DNA from: Nitrospirota bacterium
GTDB taxonomy: Bacteria > Nitrospirota > UBA9217
Assembly (NCBI GenBank): GCA_963663225.1
Contig: OY760142.1
Span: 2,016,001-2,080,000, forward strand
Length of the DNA: 64,000 nucleotides
Direction of reading: 5' to 3'
Shown: one piece after another, positions 42,023 through 50,997 of the stretch
How positions within the stretch are numbered: position 1 is the stretch's first letter
Layout: each line of letters opens with the position of its first letter
Notes under the pieces: model-generated
Database searches by the model: none
Told to the model about the DNA's origin: nothing
What the model saw: the letters and a program-made list of their open reading frames with translations, nothing else
Position numbers and translations under genes: made by a program

Positions 42023-42865
42023 ATGAATTTTCCAAACATTGTTTGTCCATATGACCAGAACCTTTTACAGCGGCTGAAAGGGTATGGAATTGTCGTCCGT
42101 GTTTCCGGTCCGTCAGAGATCATACAGGCAGCGGCCGCGTCAAAGGCCTCAACACGCAACAACCTGCTGAATGTTATCGTCGAATCACGGGAGGCGATGG
42201 ATGCTTTCAAGTTTCAGGATGAATGGCTCGGTATTCCTCTCGCTCTTTTTTTCCCAGAAATGGGAAAGTTCCGCAAATTGGGGGAAAAACTGGAGCAGAT
42301 CCGAAAACTAAAGGCCCATATTTATCTCCCGGCTGAACGTGATGAAAATCTTACTTCCTGCCGGATCCTGTCTTCACTGGGGATCACTTCCTGCCTTGCC
42401 TTCTCACAAGACAAGGCTCCAAACTGGGACTCCCTGGCGGACCTTATGACCTACGCGGTTTTTGGATCTGTCGCGCATGCCCCTCTGGAACCGTTTGCGC
42501 ATATCCGCGGCAACTATGAAGCGAAACAATACGCGGACTGGGGCTCCGTCTGTTTTGATAATCCGCGCGGATATCTGCACGTCGATGCACGGGGGCGCGT
42601 GGCACTTTCGAAGGATGAACTCGCACAGGGAATATTCATAGCCGATGATATTGCGAAGCTGAAAAATCCAATGGATTGCCCGGAATACGCGGAGCGGACG
42701 AATGTTCGGAAGCGTTTTTTTCTGGAGGACCATCCATGCACACGGTGCGAAGGATGGAAGGTCTGCTTGGGGAATTTTATGCGCGACGGAAAGCCTGTCG
42801 ATGGCTGCAGGGAGTTCTGCCGCGAGCTGCTGGTAGCGCTGGAGCAAAAAAAGCAGACCCAGTGA
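42023..42865 (+). CDS. Pseudo-radical SAM/SPASM-like accessory protein
   Basis: No CxxxCxxC motif. HVDARGRVALS resembles the SPASM hairpin with its Cys lost; C-terminal CTRCEGWKVC...GC...C. Confidence 0.6.
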   Translation: MNFPNIVCPYDQNLLQRLKGYGIVVRVSGPSEIIQAAAASKASTRNNLLNVIVESREAMDAFKFQDEWLGIPLALFFPEMGKFRKLGEKLEQIRKLKAHIYLPAERDENLTSCRILSSLGITSCLAFSQDKAPNWDSLADLMTYAVFGSVAHAPLEPFAHIRGNYEAKQYADWGSVCFDNPRGYLHVDARGRVALSKDELAQGIFIADDIAKLKNPMDCPEYAERTNVRKRFFLEDHPCTRCEGWKVCLGNFMRDGKPVDGCREFCRELLVALEQKKQTQ

Positions 42866-42887
42866 CCGTGACTAAAAGAGGTTTGAC

Positions 42888-44009
42888 GTGACGACGGTAA
42901 TTTTCAAAGCGACCGAAGAATGCAATTCACGATGCGCGTACTGCGCCGTGGTGCGCAAAAACCACCTGGGCCCCACCATTATGCCCGCTGAAACGCTCGA
43001 ACGGTTTTTTGTCCGTGTCAACGCTTATCTGTCGGAACGACCTGAGGACCACCTGAAGATCATCTGGCATGGTGGAGAACCGCTGACTTTGGGGCCTGAC
43101 TATTTTTACCGCGCTCTGGAACTGCAGCAGAAACACTGCGCCGACACCTGCGGACAGATCACGCATGAGATGCAGAGCAATCTTACGCTGTTCTCGCGAA
43201 AATTCACGGATGTGTTCCGAAAAATGGGGATCACCTCATTCGGCACCAGTTACGATCCCCGTCCCGGCATCAGGGGGCCCGGAAAAACGCCAGACACAAG
43301 GGAGTATAACAGGCGGTTTCTGGATGCGCTCGCCCTCCTGGAAGAGGAAGGCTTCACGTGGGGCGTCATCTATGTGGTGACGAAGCAATCACTCCAAAAT
43401 CCTCTGGAGATTTTCCGCCTGCTTACGAACATCAATCCGGCAGGGTCTGTTATGTTCAATCCGGTGACGTTCTACAAAACAAACCCTGTGGACCTGGCCA
43501 TTACTGCGGAAGAGTTCGCCGATTTTCTCGGAGCGCTGTTTCCGTACTGGTGGGAAAATCACAACCGGTTCTCCGGTGTCGAGCCGTTTTACTCCCTGAA
43601 GCAGAACATCCTTGAGGGGGACGAGACCCTGATCTGCACCTATTCAGGAAAATGCGGAGAGACACATTTTAATGTCGGGCCGAGTGGCGCGGTCTCGCAG
43701 TGCGGCCGTTCCGCCGACTGGGGACTGATGGACAACGGATCGATCCATGAGCGGTCCCTTAGTGAAATCATGGCCGATCCGCGAAAACAGTCACTCCTGA
43801 AGCGAGCCGAGGTCTTGATAGGAGTGGACTGCGGCGGCTGCCGGTTCTGGAACATCTGCCACGGCGGATGCCCGCTCGACGCCCTGGCGGAGCAGGGAAC
43901 GATCATGCGCAAATCTCCTTCGTGCTGCATCAACAGAAAAGGATTTATAGAAAAATATTTCGAGCCGATTACCGGCATGCGCTATCGGGCGCGCGAGATA
44001 GAGTCATGA
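42888..44009 (+). CDS. Radical SAM/SPASM peptide maturase 2 (anSME-like, WHGGEP type)
   Basis: GTG start after GAGGT; CNSRCAYC, WHGGEPL, MQSN; CTYSGKC...GAVSQC...CGGCRFWNICHGGCP...SCC. Confidence 0.92.
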   Translation: MTTVIFKATEECNSRCAYCAVVRKNHLGPTIMPAETLERFFVRVNAYLSERPEDHLKIIWHGGEPLTLGPDYFYRALELQQKHCADTCGQITHEMQSNLTLFSRKFTDVFRKMGITSFGTSYDPRPGIRGPGKTPDTREYNRRFLDALALLEEEGFTWGVIYVVTKQSLQNPLEIFRLLTNINPAGSVMFNPVTFYKTNPVDLAITAEEFADFLGALFPYWWENHNRFSGVEPFYSLKQNILEGDETLICTYSGKCGETHFNVGPSGAVSQCGRSADWGLMDNGSIHERSLSEIMADPRKQSLLKRAEVLIGVDCGGCRFWNICHGGCPLDALAEQGTIMRKSPSCCINRKGFIEKYFEPITGMRYRAREIES

Positions 44010-44136
44010 ATGGAGCCAGACGATCAACCAGCCGTGCCTGTCGTTCCATGTCTTGTTCTTTTTCTTGTACTGGGTTCAGGTGCATATGCCCAGACTAGGT
44101 AGGATGCTGGTGCCATTCTCGACCAGGGAGAAAACT

Positions 44137-47100
44137 ATGAGCCGAACGCAGAATAAGGCGCTGCTTATTTTTGTTTGTACTATCGCAATCCTGCTTTGGA
44201 GCGAGACGTCCTTTTCGCAGAGCAAGGACGAGGCCGAGCGGCTTTGGGAACTCGGGGAAAAGGCATTTGCGGCCCAGAAGCACCAGGAGGCGCGTACGTA
44301 TTACGAGCAATCCCTTGCACTCTGCCGGCAGAGCAACAACCGAGAAGGCATTGCATCCAACCTGAACGGCCTCGGTGAGGTATATGAGGCACTGGGTGAT
44401 TTCAGAAAAGCGCTTTCGTATTATGAAGATGCCGTCAACACCGCGCGACAAATCAATCACAAGGACCTTATTGCGACGAACCTGTTCAATGCGGCATCAA
44501 TCTACAGTTCCGACCTTCACCAATACGACAAGGCAATGCAGCTTTTTGAAGAGTCTCTCAGGATGTTCAGGGAGCTGAACAACAAGGAAAGCACGGCCAT
44601 CGTACTGTTTAATACGGCCAAGACTTTGCAGTCCCTGGGGCGGTATGAGCAGGCGCTGTCCCTGTTCAATGAGTCCCTCAGGCTGAACCGGGAGCTAAAG
44701 AGCTTGCCGGGCATTGCGGGCAATCTTAACCTGATCGGCAATGTATACGCGCGCCTCGGGCAGTATGACAAACCGTTGCCGCTCCATGAAGAGGCGCTCA
44801 GGATAAACAGGCAACTGGCCGATCAGAAGGAGATCGCATTGACCCTTAGGAACATCGGTGATGCGTACGTCGATCTTCTTGAATACGAGAAGGCATTTTC
44901 CTATTACGAACAGGCGCTGGCAATCCAGAAAAAACAGAATATGAGGGCCGATCTCTCAATAACCCTGACCAACATGGGGGCACTGTATCAAGCCCTCGGC
45001 CGGTACGACAGGGCTCTCGCGGCATACCGAGAGTCCCTTGCCGTCAGCAGGGAAACGGATAATCGCCCCGAGATCGCGACCATCCTGAACAACATCGGCC
45101 ACACCTATGCATCGCTCGGTAAATCGGACGAAGCCCTTTCCTATTATCAGCAGGCGCTGGCGATCGAAAAACAGTTGAACAGGCCGCAGAGGGCAGCGAT
45201 TGTGTACAATAACATCGGCATGGAGCAGTTCCGCAGCGGGCAATATGAACAGGCTCTGTCTCATCTCCAGGAAGCGCTCAGGATCAGCAGACAATTGAAC
45301 ATGGTGCATGATATTACGCTCCGGTTGAACAATATCGGAGCGGTTTACCTGCGGCAGAAAAAATACCGTGAAGCGGAGGAGGTATTCCTCGAGAGAAAGG
45401 CGTTGCAGGCGAAGATTCCGAAGATCAGACTGGTGCATCCTGGCCTGGAGGAACTCTATCTTATCCGGAAACAATATGATGCGGCGCTGGCGCTGCTGGA
45501 GGATCCCGGCAGAAAGCCGACCTGGCGGTCAAACAGCGCCTATTCTCTCGAATATTACACGCATTATGGCGCGGCATTGAAAGGCAGGCTCCGGTATCGG
45601 GAAGCAGCGCAGGCACTGGAGCAGGCGGTTTCCCTGTCGGAAGAGATGCGGCTGAGGGCAGGTGAGCAGAAGAGCTTTTTTGCGGGAGGGGGGTATATCG
45701 GCCGGCTGCGTCCTCACCGCCTGCTTTCGGCAGTGCTTGCGGAACGGTCAATGAGCGGTGAACGATCCGATGCGCAGTTCGCATCCTACGGAAAGGATTT
45801 GGCGTCGGGCGCCTTCTCCGTTGCGGAACTGACGAGGGCAAGAACTCTTCTCGAAACAATGGCGGCTGCCGCGAGAAAGCAGGATAATTCGGAGCTGCCG
45901 GTTGAAATAAAGAACCGGGAAAAGTCGCTCTTCACCGCCTGGGAGGAAATCGAAAAACGGTGGGAAGCGGAGTACCAAAAAGGCGAGGCCGCCGTCAGGC
46001 GTCTCCAGAAGGAAAAAGAAAACCTGAAACGCGAAATCGACTCCCATATTGCAATGGTCAGAACAGCCTACCCGAAATATGCGGCGCTCAATTATCCAAA
46101 TCCGGACCCGGCAAACGAACTGCCACTCAAGGACCAGGAAATCCTGATCGAATATGCACTTCATGAAGACGGCGGTTATATTTTTACGGTAAGAAAAGGC
46201 GGCATACAACGAATTACCAGAATATCAATGAGTACCGAGCAGTTAACAGAGCGGATCGGGCGGTTTATGGAGGCCGTCGGAGCGGAACAAGGGAGAGGAT
46301 TTTCCATGACCCTGGCAAAAGAATTGTATGATGTTTTGTTCGCGCCGGTGGCCGCTGACGTGAAGACCGCTGATACGGTCGTTATTGTGCCGGACGGCAT
46401 CCTTGGCCTGTTGCCGTTTGAAGCCCTGGTCATGGAAACCGGCAAAAATTATACGGACAGTGTGTATGTTGGAGACCGCTACGCCATCACCTATTCCCAG
46501 TCGGCATCCGCCCTCGCACTCGGGCGGATGAGGAGCCCTTCCGGAGCGGTAAAACCGCTGTTCGCTATTGGCAACCCCGTTTTCAGCAAACAGGATCCCC
46601 GCTACATAGCGTATAAACAAGGAAAAGCCCAGCCAACACCGGCATCTCTGGCGCAAGGCGATTATGCATACAGAGCAGTTACCGTTGTACCGAAAAACGT
46701 CACAGCATCTTCTTCCGACGGGTGGGAAGAGATTGTGTTTAATCCGCTCCCGGAGACAGAGGACGAAGTAAGGGCAATTGCCGGTCTCTATAGCGTGCCG
46801 CCATTGCCGCCTGATATTCTTTTGAACATGGCAGCCACCAAGGGCAACGTGAAAAAAGCTCCTTTGAAGCAATACCGCTATCTCCATTTTGCCACGCACG
46901 CCGATCTGCCGGGGAAAGTGCAGGGAATAACAGAGCCGTTTCTGATTCTGGGGCAGGTGGAAAACGAAGGCAAGGATAACGGATTCCTGACGTTGAGCAA
47001 CGTGCTGGATCTCGGGCTTGACGCGGACATGGTGGTTTTGTCGGCATGCATGACCGGAAAGGGCAAAATCATGGAGGGAGAAGGGGTGACCAGTTTTGCA

Positions 47101-47313
47101 AGGGCGTTTTTGCATGCCGGAACCCGCAGTGTGATCGTGAGTTTGTGGGAGGTCGCGTCCCGCCAGACTGTCGAATATATGGAAGCATTTTACGGCGGCC
47201 TTAAAGCGGGCGGGACCAAAGCTGAAGCCTTGAAAAATGCCCGCAGTGTGATAAAATCCAAATATCCGGAACCCTATTTCTGGTCCGCCTTTATTTTGCA
47301 CGGAGAACGATAA
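44137..47313 (+). CDS. Secreted TPR-CHAT (caspase/HetF-associated) protease
   Basis: GGGAG RBS; signal-peptide-like MSRTQNKALLIFVCTIAILLWSETSFS; many TPRs; IVPDGILGLLPFEAL, LHFATHA (His), VVLSACMTG (Cys), SLWEV, PYFWSAF. Confidence 0.92.
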   Translation: MSRTQNKALLIFVCTIAILLWSETSFSQSKDEAERLWELGEKAFAAQKHQEARTYYEQSLALCRQSNNREGIASNLNGLGEVYEALGDFRKALSYYEDAVNTARQINHKDLIATNLFNAASIYSSDLHQYDKAMQLFEESLRMFRELNNKESTAIVLFNTAKTLQSLGRYEQALSLFNESLRLNRELKSLPGIAGNLNLIGNVYARLGQYDKPLPLHEEALRINRQLADQKEIALTLRNIGDAYVDLLEYEKAFSYYEQALAIQKKQNMRADLSITLTNMGALYQALGRYDRALAAYRESLAVSRETDNRPEIATILNNIGHTYASLGKSDEALSYYQQALAIEKQLNRPQRAAIVYNNIGMEQFRSGQYEQALSHLQEALRISRQLNMVHDITLRLNNIGAVYLRQKKYREAEEVFLERKALQAKIPKIRLVHPGLEELYLIRKQYDAALALLEDPGRKPTWRSNSAYSLEYYTHYGAALKGRLRYREAAQALEQAVSLSEEMRLRAGEQKSFFAGGGYIGRLRPHRLLSAVLAERSMSGERSDAQFASYGKDLASGAFSVAELTRARTLLETMAAAARKQDNSELPVEIKNREKSLFTAWEEIEKRWEAEYQKGEAAVRRLQKEKENLKREIDSHIAMVRTAYPKYAALNYPNPDPANELPLKDQEILIEYALHEDGGYIFTVRKGGIQRITRISMSTEQLTERIGRFMEAVGAEQGRGFSMTLAKELYDVLFAPVAADVKTADTVVIVPDGILGLLPFEALVMETGKNYTDSVYVGDRYAITYSQSASALALGRMRSPSGAVKPLFAIGNPVFSKQDPRYIAYKQGKAQPTPASLAQGDYAYRAVTVVPKNVTASSSDGWEEIVFNPLPETEDEVRAIAGLYSVPPLPPDILLNMAATKGNVKKAPLKQYRYLHFATHADLPGKVQGITEPFLILGQVENEGKDNGFLTLSNVLDLGLDADMVVLSACMTGKGKIMEGEGVTSFARAFLHAGTRSVIVSLWEVASRQTVEYMEAFYGGLKAGGTKAEALKNARSVIKSKYPEPYFWSAFILHGER

Positions 47314-47380
47314 TGCGAGGCGATTGCATCAGCATTCCTGCCGATGCGACGTTCTGTTTCAATGATCCAGGAGGACAAGC

Positions 47381-48244
47381 ATGAATAAATTTTTTATTGC
47401 GTTCCTGTTCCTTATTTTGTCGGCATCCGGTCTGCATGCGGTTCAGTCCACGATTACCGAAGCGGAAGGAACGGCGTGCATGGGAGACGACAAGTCCCGG
47501 AAGCAGACTGAAGAAGCGGCACTGACCGCGGCAAAGAAAAAGGCGGTGGAGTACGCCTCTACGTATGTCTCGAGCGAGACCACGGTGAAAAATTTCATTA
47601 CCGAAAAGGACTTTGTGTCCGCGTATGCGAACGCCTCAGTCAGGATTATTCAGGAACTGGAAAAATCCTGGTACAAGGACCCGGTGTCCGGCGATTGCTG
47701 CAAAACAAAGATCAAGGCGGAAGTGCTGCCGGATGAAAAATCGATGGCCCGACTTTCCAAGAGCTCCGCCGTGGCGGACGATCCTTCCGCTCCGCTGAAC
47801 ATAAAAGTATGGACGGACAAGAAGGAATACAAAAGCGGAGAAAAAATAAAAGTTTTTCTGAGAGGCAATAAACCGTTCTACGCGCGAATTCTGTATAAGG
47901 ACGCGGGAGGAGAATTGGTCCAGCTTCTGCCGAATCCCTATAGAAGCAGCACTTATTTCCACGGCGGCACTATTTATGAATTGCCTTCCGGTGATGACAA
48001 GTTCGATCTGGAAGTCGGCCCGCCTTTTGGCAGTGAGAATGTTGTTGTATACGCGAGCACGTCGCCCCTCGGTGAAATCAGTACCCAGACGCGAGGCGGC
48101 GTATATCAGATAAAAACACAGCCTAAAGATGTGGAAATGAAAACACGCGGCGTGGCGTTGGTGCAGAAACCTGAAGGAAAAGCTGGAACCGCCGCAGCAT
48201 CAGAATTTTTTGAAGAAAAAACAATAATAAAAACAACAAGATAA
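47381..48244 (+). CDS. Secreted protein, FlgT_N/LPP20-like N-domain + DUF4384-like C-domain
   Basis: Signal peptide ending LHA; EAEG...AAL..AKKKAVE N-domain; VWTDKKEYKSGE...VQLLPN...PPFGSE...AS domain; two TRG motifs. Confidence 0.75.
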   Translation: MNKFFIAFLFLILSASGLHAVQSTITEAEGTACMGDDKSRKQTEEAALTAAKKKAVEYASTYVSSETTVKNFITEKDFVSAYANASVRIIQELEKSWYKDPVSGDCCKTKIKAEVLPDEKSMARLSKSSAVADDPSAPLNIKVWTDKKEYKSGEKIKVFLRGNKPFYARILYKDAGGELVQLLPNPYRSSTYFHGGTIYELPSGDDKFDLEVGPPFGSENVVVYASTSPLGEISTQTRGGVYQIKTQPKDVEMKTRGVALVQKPEGKAGTAAASEFFEEKTIIKTTR

Positions 48245-48379
48245 GTTTCAGTACGGGAATGTTGATTATCCATAAAGGCACTTTTTCATGATGCACCGGT
48301 ACCGCGTTTTTATTTTTTTTCACAGTACCAGCAATTGTCATGCCTGAATATAATTATTGGTTTTTTTTAAATTATCAGC

Positions 48380-48408
48380 TTGACATGGTGTATGGAAAAA
48401 GGTATTCT
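48380..48408 (+). promoter_or_regulatory. Sigma70 promoter of the csp gene
   Basis: TTGACA-N17-TATTCT. Confidence 0.65.
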
Positions 48409-48464
48409 TTTATATCCGCGGATATGTCCCGGACAATTTCATTCAGATGCAGAGGAGAAACAGA

Positions 48465-48668
48465 ATGGCAAATGGTGTAGTGAAGTGGTTCAACAACAGC
48501 AAGGGGTTTGGGTTCATCACGCAGGAAAATGGTGAGGACGTATTTGTTCACTTTTCAGCAATCACGGGAGATGGATTCAAGTCTCTCAATGAGGGCGACA
48601 AGGTGACCTTCGAAGTTGTGAAGGGCCCCAAAGGACTTCAGGCCGCGAACGTTGCCAAAGTCTCCTAA
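48465..48668 (+). CDS. cspA: Cold-shock protein
   Basis: GVVKWFN, KGFGFI (RNP1), VFVHFS (RNP2), [10 protein letters not shown]. Confidence 0.95.
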   Translation: MANGVVKWFNNSKGFGFITQENGEDVFVHFSAITGDGFKSLNEGDKVTFEVVKGPKGLQAANVAKVS

Positions 48669-48703
48669 TCCTGACTGAAAAAAATATCACGTACAACAAT
48701 TCC

Positions 48704-48734
48704 AAAAGCCCCGAAGCGATTCGGGGCTTTTTTT
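48704..48734 (+). terminator. Rho-independent terminator (likely bidirectional)
   Basis: AAAAGCCCCGAA-gcga-TTCGGGGCTTTTTTT. Confidence 0.9.
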
Positions 48735-48795
48735 ATGTGATTGGCTTCTCCTGGAAATAATTACGCAGGAACCGCCGAGTGTGATAATATTAGCA

Positions 48796-49335
48796 TTATT
48801 CTATTCCAACGCAGTATTTTTTCTTGAACGCTCTTACCATTTCCGGAAAGTTTTTAAAATGAGGATTAATATAAAATTTTTCGCCGTTCTCATCATAGTA
48901 TTGAATTGCCAAATCATAATGTTGGCATGATGATTTTTTATCGATATCATTTAAGGCATCGCCAAGGCCCATATGGCATTTCGCAATGCCATTTTTATTG
49001 CCAAGCTCTGTGAATAATTCAATAGCTTTTAAAAAATATTTTTCCGATTCACGCAAGTTTGGCGCTTTTGTCAATTTCCCTTTGTTAAAGGCAAATTTAT
49101 GATAATTGCCATACGTAGCATACGCTTCTGCCAATCCAGCTTTGTCGTCGCGTTGTTTAAATATTTCAATGGCACCAAGAATCAGCCTTTCTGCAGGAGT
49201 ATATCTTCCCTGATCCATTGCGTAGTATGAGTATTGTATTTTTTTATATGGATCTGAAGAATCTGGGATGCCAATTCCTGCGCACGCCATGATAACCATA
49301 GCTAATAAGCAAACAAAAAAAGTTTGTGACTTCAC
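48796..49335 (-). CDS. TPR-like lipoprotein, unknown function
   Basis: Lipobox-like IMAC; helical repeats (LAEAYATYG, IAKCHMGLG); GGAGG RBS. Confidence 0.65.
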   Translation of the reverse strand: MKSQTFFVCLLAMVIMACAGIGIPDSSDPYKKIQYSYYAMDQGRYTPAERLILGAIEIFKQRDDKAGLAEAYATYGNYHKFAFNKGKLTKAPNLRESEKYFLKAIELFTELGNKNGIAKCHMGLGDALNDIDKKSSCQHYDLAIQYYDENGEKFYINPHFKNFPEMVRAFKKKYCVGIE

Positions 49336-49567
49336 TGTGATGCCTCCTTGAGTTAGAGCAGAGCAAAACCCGACAGATTTGGTTATAGTATCGGCACTCA
49401 GAATTATGAGCGACGATAAGACATAAAAGAGACATAGGTTTCATTTTATTCTACTTAACCGATTATCTAAGTGGACGACATGAGCGGAATGGGTAGCTGT
49501 CGCAAGAGAAGTTTCAACCTTTATAATAACTAGTCGATCTGTTCAGCTTTTAACTATTCATACACAT

Positions 49568-50266
49568 TCAGTTAACAGTGATTGAAGCATAGTTGCAACC
49601 AAAGATGAGCAAACCGGACGAACTGTCGGCATTGGACATGGGTGCGGCTGAAACAATACATACGAGCACCAGACGATTCCCCGCTGTTAAGTTAGAAACA
49701 TAATAAACTGTCGTTCCCATGGAAATCGCGCGGAGGCCGTTATTTGAGGGCCAAACGAGCGGACCGTTGGGATCAGTCGCGTCTAGTACTCCCAGAGCGT
49801 AAATTGCATTTGCGGTTGGCGTTCCGCCTGACCAGGTTACAGGATATGTGGTGTTTGTATTCCATGTTGTTCCTGTAGATAAGGATATTGTTGGATAGGA
49901 GATAAATTGAGTGCCTGAAGCAGTATAGGTGACGCCTCCGAATGTCACGCTGACATTAACAACTCCTCCAAAGGGAACGGTGACATTTCCTTCATATTCC
50001 TGGCGGGAATTATCGTACGTTAAAGTTACTCCATTCATGACCACCGTAGCGGTAGTTATGTTGGTACCGGCAGCATCTTGCACCGAAGCCATTGCGTTCT
50101 TGAAATTAGCTGGAGCCCCACCCACAGGAAAACTGAATATTGCGGCATTAACAGAAGGGAGGGCAGTTCCTCCCGTGCTATTTCCGCCTCCTCCGCAACC
50201 GTTTAGTACGAGACTGAAAATGCCGACCAAAATAATTCCTGTGGAAATTCTGAACAGACTTTTCAT
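49568..50266 (-). CDS. Beta-rich lipoprotein, unknown function
   Basis: GGAGG RBS; LNGC-GGGG lipobox and linker; Thr/Gly-rich beta strands. Confidence 0.7.
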   Translation of the reverse strand: MKSLFRISTGIILVGIFSLVLNGCGGGGNSTGGTALPSVNAAIFSFPVGGAPANFKNAMASVQDAAGTNITTATVVMNGVTLTYDNSRQEYEGNVTVPFGGVVNVSVTFGGVTYTASGTQFISYPTISLSTGTTWNTNTTYPVTWSGGTPTANAIYALGVLDATDPNGPLVWPSNNGLRAISMGTTVYYVSNLTAGNRLVLVCIVSAAPMSNADSSSGLLIFGCNYASITVN

Positions 50267-50346
50267 TTTGCCTTCCTCCTGGACAATATTTTGTGCAAGC
50301 ATATTGGAATCAGGTTGTTTTCATAGATATAATGATGTAAAAGTAT

Positions 50347-50769
50347 TTAGTTTCCAGTCGTAAAAGAAAACGTATAGGTGTCCAGCATATTTCCGGATAA
50401 GTCAGTAAAACTAAAATTCCTATTTGCAGGATTCAATGTAAAAGTAATTGGTGTGTTTGGCGATAAATCAGAACTGGAATTGTCTCTTGAAAGGAATAAA
50501 GTTGTCTTGTCGCTTGACCATTGAACGGGGGTAGTGTTCGATAAAGCCCAACCCCCTGATGTGTTGACACTTACCGCTCCTGTCATCGCTTCACTGAACA
50601 CTATTTGAATTTGCTGGGTATTCCGTGCTACGCCCGTTGAACCATTTGCAGGAACGGTCGATACAACATATGGTTTTGTCGTATCACTATTTGCAGCCCC
50701 GCCACATCCGGTAATAGTCCAAAGAGCGGCAATGAATATCCACACAAAAATTGTTCGATTTATTTTCAT
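50347..50769 (-). CDS. Lipoprotein with Ig-like (Big_5/SbsA-type) domain
   Basis: ITGC-GG lipobox; DTTKPYVVSTVPANG...FSEAM...DLSGN...FSFTT. Confidence 0.8.
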   Translation of the reverse strand: MKINRTIFVWIFIAALWTITGCGGAANSDTTKPYVVSTVPANGSTGVARNTQQIQIVFSEAMTGAVSVNTSGGWALSNTTPVQWSSDKTTLFLSRDNSSSDLSPNTPITFTLNPANRNFSFTDLSGNMLDTYTFSFTTGN

Positions 50770-50997
50770 ATGATCTCCTTGGTAATAACCTGCGCTTCAG
50801 AAGCTGTTGTTATATAAGGGGTAAAATGATAAGTAACGTAGGTTGGGCTGTACGTTTCATGTAAAGCCCAACGCATCTGTAATTGAAAGATGTTGGGCAA
50901 GTTTACCCTTTTGCCCAACCTACGCACTTATGATCTCCTTGGCAATAGCCTGCACTTCAGAAGTAGTTGTTGTGTAAGGGGTAAAACGATAAGTTAC
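50769..50997. repeat. 69-bp direct repeat (60/69 identical, period 160 bp) enclosing a REP-like doublet
   Basis: Copies at 50769-50837 and 50929-50997; between them CGTAGGTTGGGC...GCCCAACCTACG (50837-50924). Confidence 0.88.

Noticed and set aside
40601-42210. Antisense ORFs 40601..41029 (142 aa, Val/Ile-rich) and 40981..42210 (409 aa)
   Set aside because: They are shadows of the precursor and rSAM-1. The Val/Ile periodicity is the reverse complement of Tyr/Asn codons, and the plus strand has the promoter, RBS and motifs.
44053-44136. Upstream start of the TPR-CHAT ORF given in the track
   Set aside because: ATG 44137 has an RBS and yields a clean signal peptide. Similar over-extended starts were trimmed for glgA, glgC, the deacetylase, the nitroreductase, the thioesterase and csp.
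44137-47313. TPR-CHAT as a CRISPR-associated (Craspase-like) or anti-phage effector
   Set aside because: No cas genes or array in the window, and the protein appears to be exported.
49388-49414. GCCGATAC (minus strand) as a sigma28 -10 element
   Set aside because: No matching -35 element at the 11-nt spacing.
50866-50898. GCCCAAC...GTTGGGC matches integron attC core sites (RYYYAAC/GTTRRRY)
   Set aside because: The span is only about 33 bp, too short for attC. It is not repeated between the other genes and no integrase is present; a REP-like doublet explains it better.
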